A stretch of 64,000 nucleotides of DNA from Candidatus Multivoradales bacterium (GCA_965223325.1 CBDCWI010000001.1:96001-160000); one strand, 5' to 3'. Shown: positions 9,149 through 21,729, counted from the stretch's first letter. The notes: a model not told the origin generated them from the letters alone. Made by a program: numbers and translations.

Positions 9149-11602
9149 ATGGCGAAGATCCGTGTAGCCGACATCGCCGGCAAGATGGGGGTCCCCGAAC
9201 AGGACCTCCTGTTCAAACTCCAGTCGATTGGTGTGCGCGTCGAAGGCGACGGGATGGTCGACACTGAGGTCATCAAGGCCTTGCTAACCGGCAAGTCCCT
9301 CCCTCAGGCTCCGTCACGCGAAGTGATCGTGCGCGACGAGAAGGCGGCGGCGGCCAAGCCCACCACCCCGCGGCGGCCACCCGGCCGGCGGCCGCCAGCC
9401 GGGCCCCAGCTGCGTCCTCAGGGGCGGCGGCGCGCGGTGGTCAACAAAGCCGACACCCAGATCAAAACGATCCCGACGACCCAGCGGCCCGAGCCGCCGC
9501 GCCCGGCCAGAACGCAGCCGGCGGCACAGGCGCGCACCAAGGCTCCCGAGCGCAAGCCCGAACCCCGGCGCCCAGACCGCAAGAAGACGCAGCATGAGAA
9601 GGCTGCGCGGTTGGCCGAGATCGAGGAGCAGGAGGCCCTGCACGAGTTTCGTGGCGACGTGCGCGAGCTCGAACAGGCCGAAGCGGCCGCGGGTGCGCCG
9701 GCACCGCCGCCCGTCCAGCGCGATGACGGCGAGTCGGAGCGCCCGACCAGCCGGCAGAGCCGGCGCGCTGAACGCAAGCAGCGCGACGCCGCCGCGGCCA
9801 AGTCCGGCGAGGTGGTTTCCTCGATCGATCCTGCCACCGTCGGGCCGATCACCGTCTCTGAGGGCATGAAGGTTCGTGAACTGGCCGAGAAGCTGGGGAT
9901 CAAGTCCAAGGAGCTCATCAAGGCCCTCATGAGCCGCGGCATCATGGCCACCGTCAACCACGTTCTCGAGACCGAGACCGCGGTCGAGGTCGCCGAGTCG
10001 CTGGGCTTCGAGGCGATGGCCGTGACCTTCGAGGAGCAGGTCCAGCTACGCCAGGACGAGGCCGGCCCGTCGAAGAGCGAAGGCAAGGAACCGCGGGCAC
10101 CCGTCGTAACCGTGATGGGTCACGTCGATCACGGCAAGACGACGCTCCTCGACACCATTCGATCCTCCAACGTCACCGAGGGTGAGCACGGCGGCATCAC
10201 CCAGCACATCGCCGCCTACCGCGTCGATGCTGGCGACGGGCGCCCGATCGTCTTCCTCGACACCCCGGGTCATGAGGCGTTCACCAAGCTGCGTGCACGC
10301 GGAGCGCAGGTCACCGACGTCGTCGTTTTGGTCGTTGCCTCCGATGACGGCGTCATGCCGCAGACCAAAGAGGCAATCGACCACGCCAAGGCCGCCAACG
10401 TGCCGATCATCGTAGCGATCAACAAGATGGACCGGCCCGATGCCAACCCGGACCGGGTCAAGAAGGACCTCGCCGACAACGAGTTGCTGGTCGAAGACTG
10501 GGGCGGTGACGTCGTCTCGGTTCCGATCTCGGCGCTCAACGGCGACGGCGTCGACGACCTCAAGGAGATGATCCTCCTGAACTCCGAGATGCTCGAGCTC
10601 AAGGCCGACCCCGAACTGCCCGCCCAGGGCGTCGTGATCGAGGCCGAGAAGGTCAAAGGCCGGGGCACTGTGGCAACCATTCTCGTTCAAGACGGAACCC
10701 TGCGCGTCGGCGACTCGTTCGTCGCCGGGGCGACATTCGGTCGAGTGCGCTCGATGAGTGACAGTTCGGGCTCGCGGGTCAAAGAGGCCGGCCCCTCCAC
10801 GCCGGTGCAGGTCGACGGCTTCGACGACCTTCCGGCCGCCGGCGACACCATTCAGGTTGTCGAAAAAGAGTCGGAAGCCCGCGACATCGCTGAGTACCGT
10901 GCCTCCGAGCAGCGCCAGCGCGAGCTGGCACCGGTCGCGGGCCGCATGACTCTCGAGTCGCTGTTCGCTTCGATCGAAGAAGGTGAGGCCAAGGAGCTCC
11001 CGGTGGTCGTCAAGGCCGACGTGCAAGGCTCGGTCGAGGTACTCAAAGACACCCTTGCCCGCACCTCCACCGACGCGGTCAAGGTCAAGATCATCCACAG
11101 CGGCGTAGGAGCCGTCAGTACCAACGACGTGCTCCTGGCTTCGGCTTCGGGCGGCATCATCTATGGCTTCAACGTTCGCCCAGAGCGCCAGGCCACCGAA
11201 CTCGCCGCCAAAGAAGAAGTCGAGATTCGCACCCACACGGTGATCTACGAGCTCGTCGACGAGCTCAAGAGGGCCATGGCCGGGCTGCTCGATCCAGAGT
11301 GGCATGAGGTCGATCTCGGTCGAGCCGAGGTCCGCGACACCTTCAAAGTGCCCAAGATGGGTACCGTCGCTGGCTGCCACGTGGTCGAGGGCGTCATTCG
11401 CAGGAATGCCTCGGTGAGACTGCTACGCGACAACGTGGTGGTCTACGACGGCAAGGTGGGCTCGCTGCGTCGCTTCAAGGACGACGCCACCGAAGTGCGC
11501 AGCGGTTTCGACTGCGGCATCGGGCTCGAGGCCTACCAGGACGTCAAACCTGGCGACATGATCGAGGCCTACACTCAGGAGGCCGTCCAGCCCACGCTGT
11601 AG
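9149..11602 (+). CDS. infB: Translation initiation factor IF-2
   Basis: GHVDHGKT, GGITQHI, DTPGHEAF, NKMD; C-terminal SLRRFKDD..GFDCGI. Confidence 0.98.
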   Translation: MAKIRVADIAGKMGVPEQDLLFKLQSIGVRVEGDGMVDTEVIKALLTGKSLPQAPSREVIVRDEKAAAAKPTTPRRPPGRRPPAGPQLRPQGRRRAVVNKADTQIKTIPTTQRPEPPRPARTQPAAQARTKAPERKPEPRRPDRKKTQHEKAARLAEIEEQEALHEFRGDVRELEQAEAAAGAPAPPPVQRDDGESERPTSRQSRRAERKQRDAAAAKSGEVVSSIDPATVGPITVSEGMKVRELAEKLGIKSKELIKALMSRGIMATVNHVLETETAVEVAESLGFEAMAVTFEEQVQLRQDEAGPSKSEGKEPRAPVVTVMGHVDHGKTTLLDTIRSSNVTEGEHGGITQHIAAYRVDAGDGRPIVFLDTPGHEAFTKLRARGAQVTDVVVLVVASDDGVMPQTKEAIDHAKAANVPIIVAINKMDRPDANPDRVKKDLADNELLVEDWGGDVVSVPISALNGDGVDDLKEMILLNSEMLELKADPELPAQGVVIEAEKVKGRGTVATILVQDGTLRVGDSFVAGATFGRVRSMSDSSGSRVKEAGPSTPVQVDGFDDLPAAGDTIQVVEKESEARDIAEYRASEQRQRELAPVAGRMTLESLFASIEEGEAKELPVVVKADVQGSVEVLKDTLARTSTDAVKVKIIHSGVGAVSTNDVLLASASGGIIYGFNVRPERQATELAAKEEVEIRTHTVIYELVDELKRAMAGLLDPEWHEVDLGRAEVRDTFKVPKMGTVAGCHVVEGVIRRNASVRLLRDNVVVYDGKVGSLRRFKDDATEVRSGFDCGIGLEAYQDVKPGDMIEAYTQEAVQPTL

Positions 11603-11645
11603 CTTGCACCGTGTTCTGAGACGTCTCAATCGGCGGATGCAACCC

Positions 11646-11936
11646 ATGATCGTCGGCCTGTCGCAGTTCGAGATCCATATTCCGGGGGCACGCAGCCTCA
11701 AAGACAAACGGCGAGTCGTCAGGAGCCTGATGGAGCGCCTACACAACCGCTATCGCATCTCGATCGCCGAAACGGACTTTCATGACTTGCATCAACGGGC
11801 CGAGATCGGGCTGGCGGTGGTCGGCAGAAGCAACAGCGAAGTCGACCGTCTGCTCGAGGACCTGCACCGTGCCATCGAAGGCAACCTCGATCTCGTCATC
11901 ACTCACTGGGCTCCAGAGATTCTCGAAGGCCAGTAG
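11646..11936 (+). CDS. DUF503 (YlxP-like) protein
   Basis: SLKDKRRVVRSL and DLHQRAEIG motifs; canonical position between infB and rbfA. Confidence 0.88.
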   Translation: MIVGLSQFEIHIPGARSLKDKRRVVRSLMERLHNRYRISIAETDFHDLHQRAEIGLAVVGRSNSEVDRLLEDLHRAIEGNLDLVITHWAPEILEGQ

Positions 11937-12007
11937 CTGCTTTTTCCCAAACCAGGCGTCTCAGAACCCGGCTCGCCGGGCGCGCCAGACCCCAGGCCAC
12001 CTCGAAC

Positions 12008-12415
12008 ATGAATCATGATCGCCGCATGCAACGCGTTCACGACCTCCTGCGAGCCGAGCTCTCAGTGCTCCTGTCGCGCGAGATCAAAGACCCCCGTGTT
12101 GCCTTGACCTCCGTCTCCGAGCTCGACGTCGCCGGAGACCTTTCTCATGCCACCGTGCGCGTTTCGGTCCTCGGAGATGACGAGGAGCGCCGCCTCGACG
12201 CGCTCGCCGGCCTCGAGAGCGCGGCCGGCTGGATTCGTCGTCAGCTGGCGCAGCGCCTCGACCTGCGACGGGTCCCGGAGCTCCACTTCGAGCTCTACCG
12301 CGGCGCCGAGCACAGCCAGCGAATCGGCGAGCTCCTCGAAGAGAACCTGCCCGACCAACCCGGCGACGAGCACCCCGCTGCGTTGGCGTCTGAGCTGGAA
12401 GGAGAGGACCCATGA
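12008..12415 (+). CDS. rbfA: 30S ribosome-binding factor A
   Basis: IKDPRV, DLSHATV, LRRVPELHF; operon context. Confidence 0.95.
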   Translation: MNHDRRMQRVHDLLRAELSVLLSREIKDPRVALTSVSELDVAGDLSHATVRVSVLGDDEERRLDALAGLESAAGWIRRQLAQRLDLRRVPELHFELYRGAEHSQRIGELLEENLPDQPGDEHPAALASELEGEDP

Positions 12416-13440
12416 GTCCACCGGTTCCCACTCCGCAGGCACTGGTCGAAGCGCTCTCCTCGAGCTCGGCCGTTCTCTTGACCAGCCACACCAACCCCGA
12501 CGGTGACGCCATCGGTTCAGAGATTGCCCTGGCGCGCATTCTTCTGCGCCTCGGGAAACAGGTTACGATCTGGAATCGCGACCCCACCCCCACCGTCTAC
12601 GCGAACCTCCCAGGCGCCGAAGCGATCTTCGTCGGCGAGGAACCACCCGCCGGTTTCCCGAGCGCCTTCGATCAGACGCTGCTGCTCGAATGCCCGGGCA
12701 TCGAGCGCTCCGGCCACGAGGCGTTTCTCACCGGTCGCGACCTGCTCAACGTCGACCATCACCTGGGCAACGACATGTACGGCACGGTCGACTGGGTTGA
12801 CACCGAGGCGCCGTCGGTTGGCGAGATGGTCCTTCGTCTCGCCGACTCCCTGAAGGTAGAGCTCGACGTCGAAACTGCAACCGCGCTCTACCTCACTCTG
12901 GTCACCGATACCGGGAACTTCCGTTTCTCGAACGCCACCCCGCGAGCCTTCGAGGCAGCGGGAAGACTGGTGACACTCGGCGCTTCGCCAGAACGAGTTT
13001 CGGGCTGGCTCTACGAGAGCCAACCCGTCGGCGCAGTGCGACTGCTCGGTGCCCTCCTACGGAGCCTCGAGCTCGACGCCGATGGCCGCATCGCGACCGT
13101 CTGCCTGAGCCAGGAGATGTACCGCGAAGCCGGTGCCAGCCGCGAGGACTCAGAGGGCCTGATCGACTACCCCCGTTCCATCGGCGGCGTCGACGTCGTG
13201 GCCTTGATCCGCGAACTCCCCGGTAGCGAGAGCGTCAAGGTCTCCCTGCGCAGCCGCGGCACGATCAGTGTCGAGGAGGTGGCGGTGCGCCACGGTGGTG
13301 GTGGCCACCGAAACGCTGCCGGTTGTCGGCTCGATGGAGTCGACCTGGAAGCCGCCCGCAAGCTGCTCGTGCCGCAACTGACGGCCCAGCTCACTGCAGG
13401 AAGTGACCCCTCGGCGCGGTCGGCGGGAGGAACCTCCTGA
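12412..13440 (+). CDS. nrnA: DHH/DHHA1 oligoribonuclease / pAp phosphatase (NrnA)
   Basis: HTNPDGDAIGS, NVDHH, TDTGNF, SLRS, GGGGHRNAAG. Confidence 0.92.
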   Translation: MSPPVPTPQALVEALSSSSAVLLTSHTNPDGDAIGSEIALARILLRLGKQVTIWNRDPTPTVYANLPGAEAIFVGEEPPAGFPSAFDQTLLLECPGIERSGHEAFLTGRDLLNVDHHLGNDMYGTVDWVDTEAPSVGEMVLRLADSLKVELDVETATALYLTLVTDTGNFRFSNATPRAFEAAGRLVTLGASPERVSGWLYESQPVGAVRLLGALLRSLELDADGRIATVCLSQEMYREAGASREDSEGLIDYPRSIGGVDVVALIRELPGSESVKVSLRSRGTISVEEVAVRHGGGGHRNAAGCRLDGVDLEAARKLLVPQLTAQLTAGSDPSARSAGGTS

Positions 13441-14417
13441 TGGGTCGCAAACCACGGTCGAGCGGCCTCGACGGCCTGTTGCTGGTCGACAAGCCGCGCG
13501 GTCACACCTCGCATGACGTCGTGCAGCAGGCGCGACGGGCTCTCGGCCAGCGTAAGATCGGCCACTGCGGCACCCTCGACCCGGAAGCCACCGGCCTCCT
13601 CTTGTTGACCCTCGGAAGGGGCACCCGCCTGACCCGGTTCCTGATCAAGGCCCCCAAGGTCTACCAGGGCACCATCCGCCTCGGTGCTGCCACCGACACC
13701 TACGACGCCGCCGGTGAGATGACCGCCGAAGCGCCGGTCGATGGCATTACGCTGGACGATGTCGATGCCAAGATGGCCGAATTCGTTGGCCTGTACCCGC
13801 AAGTGCCACCGCCCTACAGCGCCAAGAAGATCGACGGGCAGAAGTTCTACGAGCTCGCGCGCCGCGGCGATGCCGTCCCTCAGGACGCCGCCGAGGTTCG
13901 GATCTACGACTTCGCGCGCCATCCGGGAGCACTCGGTGACCCCGCGCTCCCGGGCACCCCGGACCCGGACGACTCGCTTCCCATCGTCCCCTTCCGCCTG
14001 GCGAGCGCCTCGGGAACCTACGCGCGTTCGCTGGCCCACGACCTCGGCAAGAAGCTCGGTTGCCACGCCCACCTGGCTTCGCTACGCCGCATCCAAATCG
14101 GCGGCTTCGAGCTCGCGAATGCCACCGAACTCGAGCCACTCCGTCAGGCCGAGGGCGACACCGCTCGGCTGGGAGGAGCCTGGATCCCATTCGACGACAT
14201 CCCGCTCCCCTTCCAAGGGGTCGCCACCGACACGCGTCAGGAGCGCCGCATCAAGCACGGCCAGACCGTCCTGGTACCGGCTCTCGAAGGTGAAGAGGGC
14301 GACTGGGTGCGGCTCTCCGGCCCGCGCGGCGAGTTTCTCGCCGTCGGCACCATTTCCGAGCGCCTGGGCGGCGCCGGAACGGCGGTGGTCCAGCCCCGTA
14401 TTGTCTTCAAACAGTGA
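13440..14417 (+). CDS. truB: tRNA pseudouridine(55) synthase
   Basis: VDKPRG, GHCGTLDPEATG, QVPPPYSAKK, SGTYARSL. Confidence 0.96.
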   Translation: MGRKPRSSGLDGLLLVDKPRGHTSHDVVQQARRALGQRKIGHCGTLDPEATGLLLLTLGRGTRLTRFLIKAPKVYQGTIRLGAATDTYDAAGEMTAEAPVDGITLDDVDAKMAEFVGLYPQVPPPYSAKKIDGQKFYELARRGDAVPQDAAEVRIYDFARHPGALGDPALPGTPDPDDSLPIVPFRLASASGTYARSLAHDLGKKLGCHAHLASLRRIQIGGFELANATELEPLRQAEGDTARLGGAWIPFDDIPLPFQGVATDTRQERRIKHGQTVLVPALEGEEGDWVRLSGPRGEFLAVGTISERLGGAGTAVVQPRIVFKQ

Positions 14418-14731
14418 TGTTTGACCGACTCTTTGTGTTAATGTCCGTCGCGATAGATAAGAAAGAGAAATCAATAGACAAACTGTGACCTCGAACGAGA
14501 CCTCAGCTGGTTTCGAGAGGTCGCCACGATCTGAACGAGCCAACAGTTCAGGGCCAAATCACCGGGCCAGCCCATCGGGCCAACCCCTGAGGACGACCAG
14601 GGCCGGGCGAAGAGACGCGCCGCCTCCGCCGAACGGCGCAAGGGTCTTCCCCAGGGCCGGGCCGGACTCAGACCAGCGCATCGACGTGCGCCGCTTCTGA
14701 CCTCGGAAAGATCGCAGCAGGAGTAGAAAAG

Positions 14732-15001
14732 TTGCCGCAGAACAAGGAAATCAAGCAGGGAATCATCGAGGACTACCGCCTTCACGGAACCGATACCGGT
14801 TCCCCTGAGGTGCAGGTCGCCCTCCTCACCGGCCGCATCAACGAGCTCACGGAGCACTTCAAGGCCCACAAGAAGGACCACCACAGCCGCCGTGGTCTAC
14901 TCAAGATGGTTGGCCGGCGCCGCCGGCTCCTCGACTACATGCGCCGCCAGGACTTCGATCGTTACCGCTCGACCATCGAGCGGCTCGGCCTGCGCAAGTA
15001 G
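14732..15001 (+). CDS. rpsO: 30S ribosomal protein S15 (TTG start)
   Basis: [29 protein letters not shown]; AGGAG SD. Confidence 0.98.
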   Translation: MPQNKEIKQGIIEDYRLHGTDTGSPEVQVALLTGRINELTEHFKAHKKDHHSRRGLLKMVGRRRRLLDYMRRQDFDRYRSTIERLGLRK

Positions 15002-15357
15002 ACCCACGGTCTCTGATCCTCGGGTTGTGAAAAGGCTCGGCCTCAGGGGGTCCGTGATGGCGCCCGCCGGACCGCTGCCGACGGAAAAATGGCACCCGAA
15101 CAGCGGGCCCTCGAGCTAGCGGCGCCCCTGAACGAGACCGCTTGAACGCCCGGCCGGGCCCGAGCCCAGGTCTCGAGCCCAGGTACTGTCGCTTCGAGCG
15201 CAGGCTGAACGAATCCAGGCCCTTTTCGCCCTCATTCAGGGCACTCCCCTCCCACCGCGCTCAGCAACGCCAGGCGCACCCGCTCACCAGTCCCACGAGG
15301 TGCACCGACATGCGTGCACTCCCCAAACGAAAGAAAACGAGAGAAAGAAGTCAGTTC

Positions 15358-17655
<2,298 letters not shown>

Positions 17656-17738
17656 GCTTCCGGCGTTTCCGGCCCGTCAGTCCCGTGGAGAGACTAAGGA
17701 CTCATCAATCTCCTTGGAACTCTTGACAAACACGGGAC

Positions 17739-17771
17739 TTGACAGGTACAAACCACAATATCTAGTATAAC
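17739..17771 (+). promoter_or_regulatory. Putative sigma-70 promoter
   Basis: TTGACA (17739)-N18-TAGTAT in an AT-rich patch; second TTGACA at 17723. Confidence 0.55.
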
Positions 17772-17846
17772 TCTCCGGAACGTCCCCGCTCGCACGGTGG
17801 ATAACTACCCCACGTATTTCCTCAACCACTCGGGGGCTTCAAGGTC

Positions 17847-18434
17847 ATGAGTGATCGCCTGTACACAACAAACCAGCTCGCCAAGCTTTTCGGCGTCGTA
17901 CCCACAACGGTCATCGACTGGATCGAAGCGGGCAAACTCGAAGCGTTCAAAACGTTGGGCGGCCATCGCCGCATCACGCACGTCGCGGTGCTCGAGTTCC
18001 TTCGCAAACACGGGCTACCGAGCCCACCCGCCTTCGCCGAACTGAACCGTAAGGTCGTGGTTCTCGACGACGAACCGGAAGTGTTGAACCTGTTCGGTGG
18101 GATCCTTCGCAAGGGTCTTCCTGAGACCGAGGCCATCTTGGTCGACCATCCGGTCGAAGCCTTGATGCGCATCGGCGCCGAGCGCCCCCAACTGGTCGTC
18201 TTCGACATCTACATGCCGGACATGGACGGGTTCGAGTTCTGCCGCCGCCTGCGCGAAAGCCTGACGCATCACCTTCGTCTGCTGGCGATCTCGGGCGATT
18301 CATCGCAGGAGACGGTGCGCCGTATCCTCGCCGCGGGAGCGGACCGCTTCCTGGCCAAGACCGAGGCCCCCAAGGAGCTGGTCAGAGCCTGTGAAGAGCT
18401 CCTCGAAGAGCAGAAGGCGCAGGCTACGAAGTAG
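17847..18434 (+). CDS. Excisionase/MerR-like HTH_17 DNA-binding domain fused to a receiver domain
   Basis: YTTNQLAKLFGV..WIEAGKL.AFKTLGGHRRI; VVVLDDE..FDIYMPDMDG..FLAK. Confidence 0.9.
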   Translation: MSDRLYTTNQLAKLFGVVPTTVIDWIEAGKLEAFKTLGGHRRITHVAVLEFLRKHGLPSPPAFAELNRKVVVLDDEPEVLNLFGGILRKGLPETEAILVDHPVEALMRIGAERPQLVVFDIYMPDMDGFEFCRRLRESLTHHLRLLAISGDSSQETVRRILAAGADRFLAKTEAPKELVRACEELLEEQKAQATK

Positions 18435-18464
18435 GCTCAGAGAGTCAGCCTCAGAGGGATGAGC

Positions 18465-18500
18465 GGCCGTCGTTTCCCTTTCGGGAGCGACGGCCTTTCT
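18465..18500 (+). terminator. Putative intrinsic terminator between convergent genes
   Basis: Hairpin ggccgtcgtttcc / gggagcgacggcc followed by tttct. Confidence 0.5.
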
Positions 18501-18530
18501 CGTTCCTGAGGCCCGCGCCGAAGCGAGCGA

Positions 18531-19490
18531 TCAGTGAACCGCGATCGGGTCGCCACCATCGTCACCCGGCGGCTCACCCTCGCCGGGTTCGGTCTCATCG
18601 GGCTCGATCTCGGTGCGCTGAAAGCGGTACGTCTCGCCGCAGTAGGAGCACTCCGCGTCGAGCGTGCCATCGGCCGACGTCAGCCACTCGCGGTCGTCGG
18701 CCGACAGCGCCTGCAGCTTGCGGCGCAGACCCTCGCGTTGACAGGAGCAGGCGTAGCGCAGTTCGCGGTGCTCGATTTCGGTCACCTCGAGGCCGTTGAA
18801 GATCGCCCGCATCAACGCACCCGCGCCACCTTCTTCCAGCAAGCGACTGACCGAGCTGAGGGCGAAGACCCGGCGCTCGACTTCAGTGATGACCGAGGAG
18901 TCCGTTCCCGGCATGGCCTCGACGATCAGCCCGCCGGCTGCCGCAATGCCCTCCGGGCGTACCAGGACTCCGAGCAGGACCGCCGCGTGACGCTGTTCGC
19001 TCTGGTCGAGGAAATGCGCCACGTCGGTGCCGATCTCGCCGTTGGTGAGCTCGACCCGGCTGACCCAGCTCCGGCCATCGGCCTGTTCGCGGCGCACCTC
19101 GAGCATGCCCTTCCCGAGCGCCGGGCCGACCCTGAGCTCGGCGCCGGCGCCTTCCCCACTCTCGGCGTGAGGCGCCCCGACCAGTCCTCGCAAAGCACCA
19201 CTGTCGTCGCACTCGGCAAAGACCCTCGCCAGTTCACCATCGCCTCGCGCGTCGAGTGAGAGGCGGCTGACCCGCTTCATCGACAAGCGCTGCAACAGCG
19301 CGGCGGCGGCCAGTGCACGCCCCAGCGCCACCGCAGCGACCGGGCCGAGATCGCGCCGCAGGCGTACTTCCTCGACGATCGCCGTGAGCTCGACGACTGC
19401 CCAGCGCAGGCTGCCGTCTGCAGCGAGTCCTACATTGAGTCGCCCCATACCGCCGGGCGAGAAGCCGCCGGTGACGGTTGCGCTGGTCAT
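18531..19490 (-). CDS. hslO: Hsp33 redox-regulated chaperone
   Basis: QSEQ, AAGGLIVEAMPG, Zn motif CSC...CSYC; ATG 19490 overlaps the larC stop. Confidence 0.9.
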   Translation of the reverse strand: MTSATVTGGFSPGGMGRLNVGLAADGSLRWAVVELTAIVEEVRLRRDLGPVAAVALGRALAAAALLQRLSMKRVSRLSLDARGDGELARVFAECDDSGALRGLVGAPHAESGEGAGAELRVGPALGKGMLEVRREQADGRSWVSRVELTNGEIGTDVAHFLDQSEQRHAAVLLGVLVRPEGIAAAGGLIVEAMPGTDSSVITEVERRVFALSSVSRLLEEGGAGALMRAIFNGLEVTEIEHRELRYACSCQREGLRRKLQALSADDREWLTSADGTLDAECSYCGETYRFQRTEIEPDETEPGEGEPPGDDGGDPIAVH

Positions 19491-20863
19491 GGCGTACCGA
19501 CCCCCTTCTCGGACGCTGCTACCACCGCTGCACGGTAGACCTCGCGCCAGGGCACCTCGGCAGCACGGGCCAGACGACGGCAGTCTTCGAATTCGGGAGC
19601 ACGGGCGATTTCCCGCCCGCCGAGCACTGCCAGCTTGATGGTCACTGGCCCGTAGGAGGTCTCGACCGTCTGGGTGCTGCGTTCGGCCTCGAGCCGATCG
19701 GCCATCGTCCAACGACAGCCGAGACTGCCACTTTCGAGCAGCAGGAGGTGCGCGAGGTGCTCGCGGTCATCGGGCCGGGCGAGCACGCTCACGAGCACTC
19801 CGGGACGCCCCTTCTTCATCTGCACCGGGGTATAGAACACATCGAGCGCCCCGGCGTCTGCAAGGCGCTCGAAGAGAAACCCGAAGCCCTCGCCACTCAG
19901 ATCGTCGATCTGCGCTTCGAGCACCGCCACGCGCGCCGTTGCCGCTGCGCTTGCATGACCGAGGGCGAGCCGCAGGACGTTGGGCTGCGAAGCCAGGTCC
20001 CAGCGGCCGAGGCCGTACCCCAGGTTGTCGATCACCATCTCCGGACCAGGAACGTAGCGATCGACCAGGGCGTCGAGGATCAAGGCACCCGTCGGGGTCA
20101 CCAGTTCGCCCGGCGGCCCCGGCGCGATCGGGACACCACAGAGGAGCGCCGCAGTGGCGGGAGCCGGCACGGGTACGACCCCGTGCTCGGTGCGCACCCG
20201 ACCACTTCCCACCACGACGGTCCCGCAGGTCACCAGCTTAGGCTGCAGAAACTGCTCGATCGCCAGGGCAGCACCGACAATGTCGACGATCGAGTCGAGG
20301 GCACCGACCTCGTGGAAGTGAACTTCATGGATCGAAACGCCGTGGATTAGGGCCTCGACCTCGCCGAGTCGTTCGAACATCGCCACCGCCCGGTCGCGCA
20401 CCCCCGAAGCGAGACCGCTGGCCTGGATCAGGCTTCTGATCGTGTCGAGGCCGCGGTGTTCATGGTGTTGATGCTCGCTTCGTTCGCTGCTGTGGCGGTG
20501 ACCATGGTGCCCATGAGCATGACGGCCCCCATGATCGTGATCATGATCACGGGTGGACGCACCGGTGATGACCGTCGCCGCATGATCACCCTGCCAGGAG
20601 GGGCCAGAGCTCTCCCGATCGTCGCTTGTTGCCTCCTCGGGGTCGGGACCTTCGAGGGCGCGACCCTTCTCGAGAGCCCGCAGGCGCACTCCCGACACGC
20701 CGCCGCGCAGCGCCCGCCGCGCCTCGATCGACAGCTCGGGTATGCCCAGTGAACCCACCGCTTCGGCGAGCAGCTCGGGGGGCATTCCGAGGTCGATGCA
20801 GGCGCCCAGGAACATGTCGCCGGCGATTCCAGATGGGCAGTCGATATGAAGAACACGGCTCAT
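19487..20863 (-). CDS. larC: Nickel-pincer cofactor nickel insertase LarC
   Basis: DCPSGIAGDMFLGA, VHFHEVGALDSIVD, VPAPAT, ELVTPTGA, MKKGRPG, APEFEDC; His-rich insert. Confidence 0.94.
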   Translation of the reverse strand: MSRVLHIDCPSGIAGDMFLGACIDLGMPPELLAEAVGSLGIPELSIEARRALRGGVSGVRLRALEKGRALEGPDPEEATSDDRESSGPSWQGDHAATVITGASTRDHDHDHGGRHAHGHHGHRHSSERSEHQHHEHRGLDTIRSLIQASGLASGVRDRAVAMFERLGEVEALIHGVSIHEVHFHEVGALDSIVDIVGAALAIEQFLQPKLVTCGTVVVGSGRVRTEHGVVPVPAPATAALLCGVPIAPGPPGELVTPTGALILDALVDRYVPGPEMVIDNLGYGLGRWDLASQPNVLRLALGHASAAATARVAVLEAQIDDLSGEGFGFLFERLADAGALDVFYTPVQMKKGRPGVLVSVLARPDDREHLAHLLLLESGSLGCRWTMADRLEAERSTQTVETSYGPVTIKLAVLGGREIARAPEFEDCRRLARAAEVPWREVYRAAVVAASEKGVGTP

Positions 20864-20895
20864 GGAACTTGAGACGGTATAACACCCGATCGCCT

Positions 20896-21729
20896 CTACC
20901 AGCCGCCTCGTTCCCGCAGCGACACGTACTGCCCTCCAACTCCCAGGACCAGATGATCGAGGAGCTCTAGACCGACGATCTCGCAGGCCTCGTGAAGGCG
21001 ACGGGTGAACACCAGGTCCTCGGCGCTAGGCGACGGGTCACCGCTCGGGTGGGTATGAAATAGAACCAGCCCAGCGGCCCCGGCGACGATGCCCTGCGCC
21101 AGGATCGCACGCGGTTCCACCGACGTCCGCGTGAGCGTGCCACGGAAGAGCTCACGCTCTCGCAGCAGTCGGTGACGGCTGTCGGTGTAGAGGGCGCCCA
21201 TCACTTCCTGGTCGCGGCGGCCGTAGCGCAGCAGGAGATAGCGCGCCGCCGCCCCCGCGCGACGGAGATCGGGCCGCGCCAGAAAATCCTCGCGGGCCAG
21301 GCGGCGTCCCAGTTCGAGAGCCGCAAGGATGGAGGCGCCCTTGGCAGGCCCGACGCCCGGCCGACAGAGCTCATCGAACCCGGCGTGCTGCAGACCATCG
21401 AGCCCATCGACTGCGTCGAGCAACTCGCGCGCCACCGCCTTGGCGGACGCACCCCGATGACCGGTACGGAGGAGAAGCGCTACCAACTCGTCCTCTCCCA
21501 GGCGACCTGCGCCATGACGCAGCAAACGCTCACGCGGCCGCTCCTGCTCCGACCAGCTGCTGGAGGCGGGGCTCAGTGTATCGACTCCTCCATGGCCTGC
21601 ACGGCGCAGAGGAGCCTTGCCGGTCTGGGTGGCTCTCTGGGCCTCGCCCACCCGGCCTTTCTCGACCCTCTGCGCCTCAAGCGCCGACGCCCTCACCGGG
21701 CCATGACCTAAGGTTCTCTTCTCGTTCAT
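20896..21729 (-). CDS. radC: RadC family JAB/MPN-domain protein
   Basis: ERPRERL, GVGPAKG HhH, HTHPSGDPSPSAED JAB motif, LLDHLV. Confidence 0.93.
   Translation of the reverse strand: MNEKRTLGHGPVRASALEAQRVEKGRVGEAQRATQTGKAPLRRAGHGGVDTLSPASSSWSEQERPRERLLRHGAGRLGEDELVALLLRTGHRGASAKAVARELLDAVDGLDGLQHAGFDELCRPGVGPAKGASILAALELGRRLAREDFLARPDLRRAGAAARYLLLRYGRRDQEVMGALYTDSRHRLLRERELFRGTLTRTSVEPRAILAQGIVAGAAGLVLFHTHPSGDPSPSAEDLVFTRRLHEACEIVGLELLDHLVLGVGGQYVSLRERGGW

Noticed and set aside
17847-18434. Prophage excisionase
   Set aside because: The HTH_17 domain is fused to a receiver domain and no phage genes are nearby
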